NCBI RefSeq assembly: GCF_006345805.1
Contig: NC_042998.1
Location: forward strand, 50,282,001 to 50,346,000
DNA: 64,000 nt
From: Octopus sinensis
Lineage: Eukaryota
Direction: 5' to 3'
Every line of letters starts with the position of its first letter. Positions within the stretch are counted from its first letter, which is position 1. The position numbers and the translations under genes are program-made. Below, one piece after another: positions 50,745 through 64,000 of the stretch. The notes beneath the pieces were generated by a model. It saw only the letters and a list, made by a program, of their open reading frames with translations. It made no database searches and was not told where the DNA came from.

Positions 50745-53400
50745 TATTTATTAACCACAAGAGCTCAAAGAAAAGAGGGCAGTACTAAAATACGAGATGC
50801 ATATATAATGGTGGGGCTTAAGTAAAAATGCAAAAACTATATAGAATAAACACATGTAACAAAGAAATTTCAGTAAACACGATTCCCCAATCTGAGAACA
50901 GCTGCCTAGGGCCAATCAAGGGAAACTCACAAAATCTAGATCATCACGATCAGTAAGGGCAACTTCCCTGTCCTATCAGTCATTTTCCATTTCACTGACG
51001 TATGCCCAGATTGAGCTTTTGTCACTACCATGCTCCTTTCAGCGACTCTACTGGGAAAAATCGCTTCTTTTCACACCCAAATACAGTTTGTTTCAAGGGC
51101 AAACTATATATAATTGTTGCGGAATTTACCATAGTGGAAAGAGTCTGTCTTTAGTCTTTCGGTTTCGTTCGCCCATATCCCCTTTCCTCACTAGACAGAG
51201 GAAATATTTGACTGCATTTCGAGACCAAAAGATATCAGTGTCGATCTTGAAGATGGACCCGGTCAGTAGCCGAATTTGGGCATTGAACGAGTGTGTGCAA
51301 ATCGGTTTTGTTACTCTACGCACATCTCGGCTGATGGTACTTCTGTGTCTGCTGTGTTTGTCACAAAGCGGGCATTCTCACACTGGAAGCACAACTAGCT
51401 TAGATGAGAGGGGACGGTGATAATGAAACAACCGAGAGAAGACAGCCATGGGGAAATAACTGGGAGGAGACAGCCATGAGAAAAGATCCCGATAGCTGGT
51501 CATTTACTTTAATCACCGAGGAATAAAGCGATTCAACCTCTAAAAACGGGACTGAAGCCAATTGCTTTGACTACAGCAGCCAAATAGCGAGAGCCGATCC
51601 AATCGATAGCTTCCATTGATCCTAAGCAATCAACTCCATGATGTATTGTATGAGGTGAAGCTCTATGTCTTCCCTACCAAAACATTAACAAGAGTCAGTC
51701 ATTTTGCTAACACTCTGGCCTGAATCTTCAATTCTGTGTTCAGCAGAGTCATAGGTTTAAAATTATTAATTAATATTCTTTCATTCGGGTCTTTTCCCTG
51801 CAATGTCATCCTTTTGGAACTGGAATTTGAATTCTCAAGTTCTGTTGCCAATTGCAATAGATGTGAACCAAGACGTCGGCGAAAGAGTCTGACATAGATA
51901 CCTAAAGCTTGTAGGGCAAACTATCCAAACCAAGTGTTTTGCTGTTCGTACAACTCCTCATCACCATCTAAAACTCACATGCTGCTTTCGACTTTTCGCA
52001 ACACTGCCCAAGTTCCACTGAGAACTGCATCAGACCGTCAAGGTAGGTACTAAAATCCCCCAGCAGCTTCGACATCGCTGCTGCTGCTACCGCTGTGGAT
52101 GCTTCTTCTATTACTGCTTTTGATGTTACTTTTGATGGTGTTGTTGATAATGCTGCTTTCTTATTGAAGTTGCTATTACTACCCCTGCTATACTTGTACA
52201 ACTACTGATGCTGCTGGTGTTGTAGTTGTTGTCGTGTTGACAGCAGCATGGGTTTCCCTTATTTCACTTGAAGACTCTTAATTGGTCTGCAGTACTATAC
52301 AAGAGGCATCATCTTTTGCTCTCTGCCGCCACAAACAAAAAATATCCAACAGAACAACCATATCAGGGATTACTTCGTGTCCGACTCATCCACCTGGATT
52401 AAGAGTTCTGTCATTATCTCCTGGATTAAGAGTTCTGTCATTATCCCCCAACTAGTTTTCTATGTTCAACTTGTGCAACTCTAGTATCTTAATTTCTAGT
52501 ATCTTAATAAGGGTGGTGAGCTGGCAGAAACGTTAGCATGTCGGGGAAATGCTTAACAATATTTCGTCTGCCGTTGCGTTCTGAGTTCAAATTCCGCCGA
52601 GGTCGACTTTGCCTTTCATCCTTTCGGGGTCGATAAATTAAGTACCAGTTACGCACTGTCCTTGCTTGTCTCCTCTGTGATTAGCCCCTTGTGGGTAGTA
52701 AAGAAATAAGTATCATAATTTCATCTCAAAAGTAGACCAAGACGGCAGCCACCAAACAGAAGAATATTATTTCAAGTACATCATACACCACCATCAACTT
52801 CATCGTACGTCAGCCTTGGTATCAGCATATGAGAACTAATTCCTCAATTCTAAAAGTGCTGTGGATCGATCTACTCTGTCTCATGTCAGAAACAAATATC
52901 TGACCTCAACCGTTCCAATGACAAGTAAATGTTGATTGGGAAAACAAATTTCAAACACCTGTTTTTAATTTGGCTCTTCTACCTGTTTAAATTTTAGCTC
53001 TGTATATTGATTTATATGCCTCTTGTACGGCCAAAATAACTTTCTTTCCTTCCTCACCAAATTTATGGTTAGGAAGGGAATAATATTTTGTTGGCGGTGT
53101 TGTCATTACTGGAAATGTTATTTCTTTTTTTATATTGTTTTTGTTATGTTGCTGTTGCTTGCTGTGTGCTTGTTTTACAAACTTTTCCTATTTTGGCTAT
53201 TGTTACTTCTTCTCTCCTCAATGGACATCTCAACAACTACTTCTCCAGCATTTTCTCTTTTTGAAGAGCGCACCTTCAGGGTCAGCAACCGCTTTACTGG
53301 CTGGCACTTGAATTCGTTATTGAGCTCAATATTTTCAAAAAGTTCCGATATTTTGGGGGAAGAAAAGTTTTTGAAGTTATTTTAGCCCCTCAGGAACAAC
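50745..53400 (-). pseudogene. Decayed Tx1/L1-clade LINE: RT, 3'UTR and probable ORF1 remnants
   Basis: Minus-strand peptides GLDSLPYKL..VHIYCNWQQN, NNFKPMTLLNTELKIQARVLAK and SRYLAAVVKAIGFSPVFRG (51550-51935). The 3' end is CTCTTGTGGTTAATAAAT-(ATT)n at ~50745. The extension beyond 52050 is weak and is interrupted by a SINE at 52510-52708. Confidence 0.65.
52510..52708 (+). mobile_element. Family-A SINE (short form, small internal deletion)
   Basis: GGTGGTGAGCTGGCAGAAACGTTAGC...AGTAAAGAAATAAG. Confidence 0.85.
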
Positions 53401-53546
53401 CAGTGTCTCAAGGTTTAGGATAGCTCCGCAACAAAACGCACAAACAATTTTATAAATATCTATAAAGAAGAAAATATCTAACAATAATTGGAGCAACTAC
53501 AGACAGGAGGAACGCACATCTTACACGGTTAAAAGCAACTATATTT

Positions 53547-53596
<50 letters not shown>

Positions 53597-53702
53597 GCTA
53601 CTGTTGCTGCTGCTGCTGCTACTACTACTACTACTACTACTACTACTGCTACTGTTGCTGCTGCTGCTGCTGCTACTACTACTACTACTACTACTACTAC
53701 TA

Positions 53703-53734
<32 letters not shown>

Positions 53735-53896
53735 ATAATAATAATAATAATAGTAATAATAATTGAGTTACCTCAATCCTTTATATACGAAAAGGAGGTA
53801 AATTGACAAAATTATATTTTGAACCTGTTGAAGACACACAAGATCTCGAAATATCGTTCTCTTGATGACAATGGCACTCTTCTTTTAATTTCGACT

Positions 53897-53939
<43 letters not shown>

Positions 53940-53963
53940 TGATGATGATAATAATAATAATAA

Positions 53964-54520
53964 ATGCCTTTATACAGTACCAGACAGTGGCTCTCGTGGC
54001 TTCTGATCTTAACTGATTGGAAGTGTTATCATGCACATTGTTTTGTCTTGATACAAAAGATGGGCTACAGCAAATATTCTGCTCAATACCACACATTTGC
54101 TTGTCAGTTGTTTGACCTTAACCAGTTGACCATGTCCCTTAGTAGCTGACGATATGTGCATCTCTGATCACAAGCAGAAGTAGTTGGAGAGCATCATAGC
54201 TGTGTGTTGAAAGGAATTCTTAGAGGTTTGGATAATTCACCTTTGTAAACGTGGGTCGTTCGTTCAACATCCTTAAACAATCCTTATTCAGGGACCTTTT
54301 GAGCGGGATGGGTTACTCGACCACAAGAAAAGTCTAAGTGGACCCCCACCTGCAAGGTCATGCGCTGTTTATCTTGATATGAGATCACCATGTTGCGCAC
54401 ACATGGTTGTGACGCATATGCCTAGTGTACCCTAATCAGACGGGTAGTCATGATGGGTATACTGGGTTTCGTATATTTTACCCCAGTGTCACTTTGATGG
54501 CATTCACTGTTCTCTCACTC
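53964..54520. mobile_element. (AAT)n/(AAC)n-flanked element, copy 4 (more diverged)
   Basis: Same termini as copies 1-3. Left flank is (AAT)n and right flank is (AAC)n. Confidence 0.75.
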
Positions 54521-54588
<68 letters not shown>

Positions 54589-55017
54589 GATCTAGGCGGG
54601 AAGAGTGGCTCCTAAGTTTTAGTGCTTGGACACGTCATACCTACATACCAGCATCCTTGCAACTCACAAGAGACGGGCGTGCGTACAATTACTGTGTCTT
54701 CATATGCTGAACATGCATGTGTGTATGTGTGTGCGCGTGAAAGCGTGAATGGACGTGTTTGCGCATACATACATATACACATGCACACACATACACAGAC
54801 ACACATATTATATACATATATGCATACATGGACATACATTACATATACATCCATACTGTGAAGATCAATTTTGCTCAGTCTTTACACTGAATTTGTCTTT
54901 ACTCTCTGTGTGAGTCATACGATCAGTGTATATGTTCATGCATATGTTTATGTGCATACATACTTTCATCTTACATATGCATATATTGTTTTTTATAATA
55001 TATATATACACACACAC

Positions 55018-55150
<133 letters not shown>

Positions 55151-55263
55151 ACATATCTATCTATCTATCTATCTATCTATCTACCTACCTACCTACCTAT
55201 CTATTTATCAATCTATCTATCTATCTATCTATATATGTATATCTATCTATATATCTATCTATC

Positions 55264-55297
<34 letters not shown>

Positions 55298-55349
55298 CAT
55301 ATATACATATATGTGTATTTATGTATGTATATTTACATATGAAGCTTGC

Positions 55350-55381
<32 letters not shown>

Positions 55382-55963
55382 ATGCTTGTGTGTGTGTGTG
55401 TGTTTGTGTGTGTGTATGCTTGTGTGTGTGTTTGTGTGTGTGTATGCTTGTGTGTGTGTGTGTGTGTTTGTGTGTGTGTATGCTTGTGTGTGCGCGTGCG
55501 CCCACTCGGGTGTAGCTATTCATCTTTAAGAAAACATCTGGCTCTTTAGAGTACACATAGAGTGCAATAATGGAGATATTCAAAGATTCAAATTCCTTTC
55601 AAACGGGAAAATATAAAAATATTTCCTTGAGCAATTCTTTAACTGAATTTACACAAGTTGTACTGTACTGATGAGAGCCAAAGTTTATTGACTAAACAGT
55701 ATGTTTGTTATTTTTGTGTTATTGGTCTTTGCAATGAGATACTTCAGAAAGAAGTACTTTTAAACTTGGCAAAAGTGTGTTTGCAGGGAACTAGGTTATT
55801 AGTTATTCCACATCTCTACTAAATACACGAGACAAAGAAATTGTTGATGGCTACAAGTTATATACACAAGTATTGGCTGTTGCAGTATAAAGATAATTCT
55901 TCAGACATTGAGAAAATACCAGTCTCTTAGAATAAACAATGGAAGTCAAACCAAATATAGTTG

Positions 55964-56058
55964 GTAAGTCTGGCAATGAAATATGAAAAGAAAACTTTAG
56001 TGATATTAGTATCTATCGATCCTTCAATCCAAGATTAGAGTCTCTGTTCTTCTTTCAG
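55964..56058 (+). other. Candidate 95 bp intron
   Basis: Donor TTG|GTAAGT and acceptor TCTCTGTTCTTCTTTCAG|. Confidence 0.5.
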
Positions 56059-57512
56059 ATGATTTATGGAAGATAAGTCGATGAAGTTTCTTTTTTACGA
56101 CTAGATCTAGGTGAAGTCTAAATTCAAAAGGATCTGTGTTATTTACAATTGTTTATAAAGTAATTTGAAGCACATTGGGAAATAATACATCAATGAATTG
56201 TAATCATAAGGACGTGACTCTGCTTAGAATGAACCATTTCAAAGTTATGTGTTATGTAGTGTATGATTATATATATTTCAAAGCCAGCATTATTGACGAA
56301 AGTTTTTAATTATTTACACAAAAATGAAGAGCGAATGCATCATTTGCAATAAATAAATATTCGAATGAAACTAAATGGGTGCGATATGAAATAGCTATCA
56401 AATAAATGAAAGTTTTTCCGAATTCTCAAAATACATATGAAGAACAGAAAATTGGCAAATCATTAGAGCATTGATTCGAATGCTTTGCCATATTTGTTCC
56501 AGTTCACAGCAATCTGAGTTCACATCCTACCTAGATCAACTTAATCCATTCCTTATGGAGTCGATACACAAATCATCAATGAAGTACTGAAGTTGATTCT
56601 TCTCCCTTTTCTTCCACTCTCTCTCATTTTCCCTCTTTCTCTTTGCCCCACTCTCTTTCTTTCTCTCTTTAGCTCTCTCAGAAATGGCCATAACTGACAA
56701 GATGGTATCATGTTAAAGAAATATTAAAATATATGAAGTGTAGTGTGGCGCTAGGAGCCATCGAATGAGAGTGTAAGTGTTATATGAAGACAAATGATAG
56801 CTGTCTACCTGATCATCCCTAGCAAGGTGCTGCTGTGAGACACCAAAGTGCAGCTGCTCTTTTCAGAGCCCCTTACCCCACAACTACATTGGCGCCTGAA
56901 ACAATGAGCGAAAGCATGATACATATCTATTCATGGTCAAACAAAAGGCAAGACAGCATCAAACTAGGAAAGTCCAATGAAAGTGCATAGTACCTATCTA
57001 GGAAATCATCAAGGATCATTCTCACAAACTGATGATGTAAAAAACAAAAGCAAAAGTAACAAGGAACATATCCTGTATACACTCAAGTAAAAGAAGAGTT
57101 TCACAGACCATTTTATAAAGCTGAATTTAAGGATTTATGTAGACACTACTTTTTTCTGGCAGTGAAATTCATGTTTAATTTCGATGGAAATTTTAATTAG
57201 CAAAAGCCTAATTTATGTATAAATCATTACAAAACAAAAATCCAGAGATCTGTGGTAATGTACGTATGGTTCTCTGCATCATAACATACGTGATGCTATA
57301 AAGCTCATTCATAAATCCCTACCACTGTCAATTCGCTCTAGCAACAACATGTAGTGTCACGTTGCGGAGGATCTGTGCAACTAAAATTTTTCATTAGTTT
57401 TTCCTTCTATCACTAGATTTGTTAACTGAAAAGTCTGCTTATACTTTGACTACCAGAAAGTATAGGTCAAGTTGTTCTTATAATGATGCACTACAGTATA
57501 CTAAGTTTTATA

Positions 57513-58092
57513 TTGGGTTGTCCGGAAAGTTCGTGCCGATTTTTTAAGGAATGAAAAAGGTTAATAAAAAAGTTAATACTTCCCATTACCCAAGCTTTAC
57601 CAGGTGCTCATAAACGACGGATTTTTATAGGTTGAGGTTTTCTGCCCAACTCTCGGGTTGTGCAATGTGGGTTATTCTCAATTAATGACTTGATTTGGTC
57701 ATCATCTGTAGTGGATGGTCTCCCCGATCGCTCTTTATCAATAAGGCCACAATCTCCTGCTAGGAACCTTGCGAAACACTTCCGTACAGTTCTTTCGGAT
57801 AAAGAAACATCACCGTAAACTGTGCATATTTCTTTGGTTGCTTGTGAGGCATTTTTCCCTTTACGGAAAAAGAAAAGCATCAAGTGCCGAAAGTGAACTT
57901 TCTTATCTTTCATTTTAAAGGGCTACAGAATTAACACAGGTTAGAGGAACATAAACCTTCTTCCATGAAAAGATAGCCTAAACTGTGCTCTAAATGGTGT
58001 GGTCAAATCCTACTTTATGGACTCAAACATGTTCTAAAATAATTCGAAAAGTAAGCTACTATAAATCGGCACGAACTTTCTGGACAACCCAA
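57513..58092 (-). mobile_element. Internally deleted mariner element (580 bp)
   Basis: Near-perfect TIRs TTGGGTTGTCCGGAAAGTTCGTGCCGATTT and AAATCGGCACGAACTTTCTGGACAACCCAA, with TA TSDs at 57511-57512 and 58093-58094. Confidence 0.92.
57590..57913 (-). pseudogene. Mariner transposase N-terminal DNA-binding (HTH) region; catalytic DDD domain deleted
   Basis: MKDKKVHFRHLMLFFFRKGKNASQATKEICTVYG..SERTVRKCFARF..ERSGRPSTTDDDQIKSLIENNPHCTTREL continues after a +1 frameshift as AENLNL*KSVVYEHLVKLG, then the 3' TIR. Confidence 0.9.
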
Positions 58093-58247
58093 TATAAGAG
58101 AAACCTAAAATTCAAGGGTCGACCTTATTGGAGTTAGGTGAAAAATTACGAGTTTTCTTGCCACATATTAGCGGTTTATTTTAAACTGAAATCGAAAATT
58201 GCTTGGGTATATACGGTATGTGACTATTATTATTGATAAATGGCAAA

Positions 58248-58465
58248 GCCGTGAGCTGGCAGAATCGTTAACGCATCAGACAAAAATGCTTATCGACATT
58301 TTTTCTCGCTCTTTATGTTCTGAGCTCAAATTCCCCCGAGACCGGCTTTGTCTTTCATCTTTTCGGGGTCGATAAAATAAGAACCACTCAAATACTAGGG
58401 TAGATGTAATTGATTTGCCCCTCCCTCAGAAATGCTGGTCTTATGCCAAGATTATAAAGAATTAT
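58248..58465 (+). mobile_element. Family-A SINE, decayed
   Basis: GTGAGCTGGCAGAATCGTTAAC...CTGGTCTTATGCCAAG. Confidence 0.75.
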
Positions 58466-58907
58466 TAATAAATGGTAATAATTTCGTAAAAAAAAAACCT
58501 CCCAAAGTCATGCTTAGATAAACATACGTATATTTCTTTCCTCTGTTTTTTTTTTTCTCATGGCATGCGAAGTTATTCAAATTTGCAAACATTTTAATAT
58601 AGAATTTATCCAGACGCAGACCTCGACGAATTTCCGCGGACACACCATTTTGTTTGCATTTTTTTTAACGATCAACAGTTTCAAAAAAGAGATTTCGAAG
58701 AAGAAAAAGAAAAAATTGCAATAACTTAAGAGAAAGAGAAGGCTACGATATATATATATATATATGTATATATGTATATATATATATATATTATATACAT
58801 ACATACATATACACATATATGTATATGTATATGTGTATATATATATATATATCTATATATATATATTATATATATATATATATATATATCTATATATATA
58901 TATATAT

Positions 58908-58952
<45 letters not shown>

Positions 58953-59451
58953 CATACACACATAAATCATATCTATTTTACGATCGAATATTTCGATCGC
59001 CCATATAGCCTAACGTCTACTGCAAAACAAAAGAAAGAAAGAAAAAAAAACGAAAAAAGAAAGAAGAAACGAAAGAAAGAAAAAAGAAAAAGAAGAAACA
59101 AGAAAGGAAAGAAAGAAAGAAATATAAAAAAAAATAAGAGAGAAAAAAGGAAAGCAAGAAAGAAAAAGAGAAAGTAACATGCTAAGTAACGCGGAGGACA
59201 CTATATTAGCTTGGACAATGAAATGTTTGACACAATTTGTCCAAAGCTCTTGTAACATATGGCGTGACATATCTTAAATCGCCAAATTAACGCTATACAT
59301 GAAGCTGAATCTAAACCAATAAATCTAAGTATGTAGACATTCCAGTATTATAATACTGAATGTAGCGTATTGAAAACAGAAGCATTGCAGAGTGAATCAC
59401 GAATTGACAAGTAGACATATTGCACATAAGCAATAGAAATATAGTTACCAC

Positions 59452-59533
59452 AGCATTTCAAAGTGTCTTATGGCTAAATAAGTTTGAATTTATAAATATA
59501 TATACACACATGCATTATATATATACATATATA

Positions 59534-59601
<68 letters not shown>

Positions 59602-59668
59602 CATACATATATATATATAATATATACATATATATATACTACATATATATATACATATATATATATAC

Positions 59669-59699
<31 letters not shown>

Positions 59700-60045
59700 T
59701 ACATACGTATATCATCTCTATTTACACACGTACGCGCATATACACACATCTGTATACACATGTACATGCACACATTTCAAAGTGTCTTATGGCTAAATAA
59801 GTTTGATATATATATATATATATATAGATATATATATATATATATCTATATATATATATATATATATAATATATATCTATATATTATATATATATATATA
59901 TATATAGATATATATTATATATATATTAACTATGCATATATACTATCTACCTACGTACATATATATATACATACGTATATCATCTCTATTTACACACCTA
60001 CGCGCATATACACATATCTGTATACACATGTACATGCACACATCT
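59452..60045. repeat. Tandem duplication of a (TA)n-containing unit (~270-320 bp)
   Basis: ATTTCAAAGTGTCTTATGGCTAAATAAGTTTGA at ~59455 and ~59773. TACATACGTATATCATCTCTATTTACAC..ACATGCACAC at ~59700 and ~59968. Confidence 0.85.
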
Positions 60046-60054
60046 GTATGCATG

Positions 60055-60091
<37 letters not shown>

Positions 60092-60636
60092 TATACAAAA
60101 TGAAGCGACGTTCAATAACCTTTTCTAGGTTAGCCACATACGTCTGCAACTCCAAGATATTAACGTAGAATGGTGAAAAGGACTATTTTTTAGTTAATGA
60201 AGCAACAGAATCCGGACGTGCTCACTAGAAAATAAAACCCAGAGCCAGTTTCCTTAATATACGATCGAAAAGTTATAAAAAAGTTTTATATTCCACTGCC
60301 TGAAAGATATTAAATTTGGTTGTTTGTGTTGTTTAACTCTAGGTCAGGTTTTGATCGAGCTAAGATCAACTATAATAAAGAAAAGACATTCCAGTCGAGA
60401 CCATCCCGAATTTTTTTCCACGCATAATGTTTCTAGGGTAACATTAACTAATGTGTCATTCGTCTTTTTTTAAGATTACGGTTCAGTGTGATTTGAGAGA
60501 GATTTTTATGCTACTTCAAACGTGTCCAACTACCGATTAACAGTTCATATTGAGGAATGGTTCTTCCTGTTGGTGCTTGGTGTAGTTTCCTTAAAGTGGG
60601 TTGTAACCGTGTTGTTGCTTAGTCTTGCAAGAGCAT

Positions 60637-61150
60637 GATCAAAAGAGTTCCACTTGTGACAATCACTTCAATCCGTTTTCAGGCATATTGTATCTAGAGC
60701 CACGTTATCCAGTGTCCTTCCATTTTTTTTTTAAGATTTTGGTAGAGTATGATTTGAGGGCTATCTTGCTTCTATTTCTTGCATTTACAGTGATTTTATG
60801 GTTGCGTGGCCTTGCCGGAGCTGACTTATGATCAAAAGCGTTCCAGCTGTGACAATCACTTCTATCTGCTTTCAGACATAGTGTATCCAGAACTACGTTA
60901 TCTAGTGTCCTTTTGGTAGAGTGAGACTCGAGGGAAATGTTTTTGCTATTTCTAACATTTATCACGATTTTATGGTTGCTGGCCTAGGATCAAAAGCGTT
61001 CCAGCTGTAACAATCACATCTACTTTTTCCAGATATAGCGTATCAAGGACTACGTTTGATAAAGTGTCCTTCCATTTTCAAACAGATTTTGGTAGAGTGC
61101 GATATGAGAAAAATTACTTGCACTTTCTAGTATTTTGAGTGACCATGTAG
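60637..61150 (+). repeat. Three diverged tandem modules of family E (periods 193 and 158 bp)
   Basis: GATCAAAAG.GTTCCA..TGT.ACAATCAC at 60637, 60830 and 60988, each followed by TTTTGGTAGAGT. Confidence 0.8.
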
Positions 61151-62676
61151 AAACCCCTCGTTGGATCGACTTAAACCACATGTCGATGTAGCTGTTTAAC
61201 CGTAGGTCGAGTGACTGCATAAATGTCCTACATATTGCAATATCACGACAGTTGATATGATTTGATTTATTGTTAGTATCCGTATAAATTGTTTGCTAGC
61301 AGTATTTACTTCATTGAACCTCCAACTCATAATGAAGTCGTATAGGCTCCGTCATGAGATGATATGCACAAATTTTGTTCGTCTGTCGCAGTATGTCAAG
61401 TCTAGCGTCTTTGCTAATGATTTACCTATCCATTCCTTAACTTTATCCATCCATCCATCCATCCATCCATCTATCCATCTCTTTCGTTGTCCCTCTCTCG
61501 TTCTCCACTCTATAGTTCCTTGAAGTATGGTCTTTATAAAGCCCTACTGTAACACTTCAGCTTTCTTTCCTTCCACTTTGCGAGATCGTCTTCATCAAAG
61601 GAGGCATTGTATTGCTGGATGATTTAGGAGGTGAGCCTGCGTGTTTGTAATGTGGTCCGACTGAGTACGAGCTGGCTAAGATATTGCGGTGACATTTCTA
61701 GTACCACCACCGGTATCCTCCCTACTTCTCACTGTACCTTCGGAAGTTTTCAAACATGAAAAATGCTGAGTTCACACAAGAATTCGGCAAATAAAATTCA
61801 TTCCTGTAAATAGTATACAATATCACTTTTAAAGACTTTGCAATTCATTGAAGCATATGTAAGAAAGAAAAAGCAGTGTTGTCACTGTATTTGCTCGTGT
61901 GACAAGCGGCAAAACTTTTTTTTAAATCTGCTATTTATTTGTTCTGTATTTCAGGTAAAGATTGCAAAATGACCTTAGCATAATCAGAATAATATGTAGG
62001 CCCTCCCTTCTGGACAACGTGAGGAGGGGTTCCTTCAAAGCAGTCGTTGAATTAGTACTTTTCTATGGCTTTTAGGCGCGGACGCTCACAAGAGACTTGA
62101 AAAAAAAAAATTGATGGTACATAACATGAGAATGCTTCTACAGTTCTCACCCTTTCTTGGCAACAACATCCTAAAACATCCTAAAAAGCAGCGAGTGTAT
62201 GGAAGTTTTCCTGTCATTACCCCAGTAATCAGAGGAAGAATAACATTGTGCAAGACACTGCTAAAGCAGCAAGGATGAAGTACCCTGCGATATCCATTGG
62301 AAACACACGCATGGACATACAGGTATCGGCAGATCAACAAGAGCGTCTATCAGTCAACATGTGGAAGACACTGAATATCAAGTTTAGGATATGACGATAG
62401 CTATGGAAGTTTGGAGCATCTGGCGTAGAAGAATTGCATTGCTCTGGGCAAGTAGCCCAACCGGATAGAACAGATACCGTCAAACGAAAGTCAAGGACAT
62501 AAAAAGTTACATACTTCACGTATCAAATCCGTCCACGGACTCTCTGATACACAAATTGTAGTTAACGATATCCATCACCAGTTTCCTTGGATTTAAGATT
62601 CTGACTTATAGCATAAATTCTAACTTATAGCATATCATAATTAACCTTTCCGACCTGCCTTCTGTATACTCGATGT

Positions 62677-63063
62677 GTGGAGGCGCAATGGCCCAGTGGT
62701 TAGGGCAGCGGACTGGCGGTCATAGGATCGCGGTTTCGATTCCCAGACCGGGCGTTGTGAGTGTTTATTGAGCGAAAACACCTAAAGCTCCACGAGGCTC
62801 CGGCAGGGGATGGTGGTGATCCCTGCTGTACTCTTTCACCACAACTTTCTCTCACTCTTACTTCTTGTTTCTGTTGTACCTGTATTTCGAAGGGCCGGCC
62901 TTGTCACCTCTCTGGTCACGCTGAATATCCCGAGAACTACGTTAAGGGTACACGTGTCTGTGGAGTGCTCAGCCACTTACTCGTTAATTTCACGAGCAGG
63001 CTGTTCCGTTGATTCGGATCAACCGGAACCCTCGTCGTCGTAACCGACGGAGTGCTTCCATCC
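62677..63063 (+). mobile_element. OR1-like tRNA-Arg CORE-type SINE, full length, with 11 bp TSD
   Basis: TSD ATACTCGATGT at 62666-62676 and 63064-63074. Intact A/B boxes and a 387 bp body. Confidence 0.88.
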
Positions 63064-63715
63064 ATACTCGATGTAGAAGATTTCCTCCTATGCTTGACGA
63101 AACGGAACTCCTCTATGATGTTCCAACGATTATCTTATGGTGCTGTCGAGTTTAGAGTCCAGATTTCACTGGTTCTTAGATACGTTCAGCTTGGGTCTTG
63201 TAACCTAATTACCTTCTTCGCTACTAATCAGTTCAGTTCTTGCGCGTGACCAAATTGGTTCTTGTGTGTAACCAGTTCGGTTCTTGACTATAAGCAGTTC
63301 GATACTTCACTGAAACTAGTTCACTTCCATGTCACCCCTTCGAATCTCGGTTGCGTGTGTTCCCCTGCAAGCCTTTGGAAATAAATAAACGATATAAATT
63401 GTTCGCTACCAATGAAGAACTAAAAGAACTCCTTTCGTGTATAAGTATGTACTTATGTATTACATATTCGAGTGTTATAACAGCATATAGTTCCTGAAAA
63501 TGCCATACATTTGTAACCAGCTTATAGTACATGGTTTTGTCACGCCCTCTATTCATACGTGAAGCACAGCGGAACCTATGCGCATACATATGTTTGTATA
63601 TGTACGTGTGTATGTGTCAGTGTGCATATATATGTATGTATGTATGTTTGTTAATGTGTGTGTGTATATACACATGTTATATACATAATGTATATATATA
63701 TATATATATAACATA

Positions 63716-63808
<93 letters not shown>

Positions 63809-64000
63809 GCATACGTATACGCATGCATACATCACAAACACACACACATAGTTATACGTAGATACACACACAAATACACACGCATATATATATGTATATA
63901 TATATCCATATATATATATATATGTATATATATGCATATATATCCATATATATGTATATATATATAAAATATATATATATATACATACACGTGTGTATGT

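Noticed and set aside
52393-52445. 27 bp direct repeat CCTGGATTAAGAGTTCTGTCATTATC x2
   Set aside because: It is a simple slippage duplication inside a LINE relic, with nothing inserted between the copies.
58100-58222. pogo-like terminus (reverse TACCGTATATACCC) suggesting the mariner sits within another MITE
   Set aside because: Only one end is recognisable, and the candidate partner near 57490 is too degenerate.
62086-62520. Possible LINE or transposase coding relic
   Set aside because: Translations gave no motif I could identify with confidence, so it is left unannotated.
62677-62750. tRNA-Arg-like sequence as a true tRNA gene
   Set aside because: It has no complete acceptor stem or terminator, continues into a SINE body and is bounded by an 11 bp TSD.

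Overview
This is eukaryotic, repeat-saturated DNA, almost certainly from an Octopus genome. The basis is the tRNA-derived SINE families resembling the octopus OR/OK SINEs and the extreme density of (TA)n, (CA)n, (ATAC)n, (AAT)n and (GATA)n tracts; the species assignment is inference. I find no intact protein-coding gene, rRNA, true tRNA or CRISPR array. Nearly all ORFs in the supplied track are translations of microsatellites or SINEs. The only protein signals are decayed transposon relics: two mariner transposases, two Tx1/L1-like reverse transcriptases, a possible LINE endonuclease and Penelope-like pieces. The window also holds dozens of SINEs in four head types, three TA-flanked MITEs, a non-autonomous Helitron, a Helentron-like element, four copies of a ~555 bp element found only inside (AAT)n tracts, and several local tandem duplications. 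The best leads are: (1) a tandem pair of minimal hammerhead-ribozyme-like motifs 275 nt apart at 41.1-41.4 kb; (2) the (AAT)n-targeting element, possibly Dong/R4-related; (3) a pri-miRNA-like hairpin at 33.2 kb; (4) a CpG-rich 37-bp foldback around a (TA)n loop at 14.3 kb; (5) strong plus-strand splice signals bounding two ~95-98 bp introns (46.5 and 56.0 kb), suggesting an unannotated non-coding or long-5'UTR transcript. All family names come from pattern recognition and recall, not database searches. Coordinates of decayed elements are approximate.
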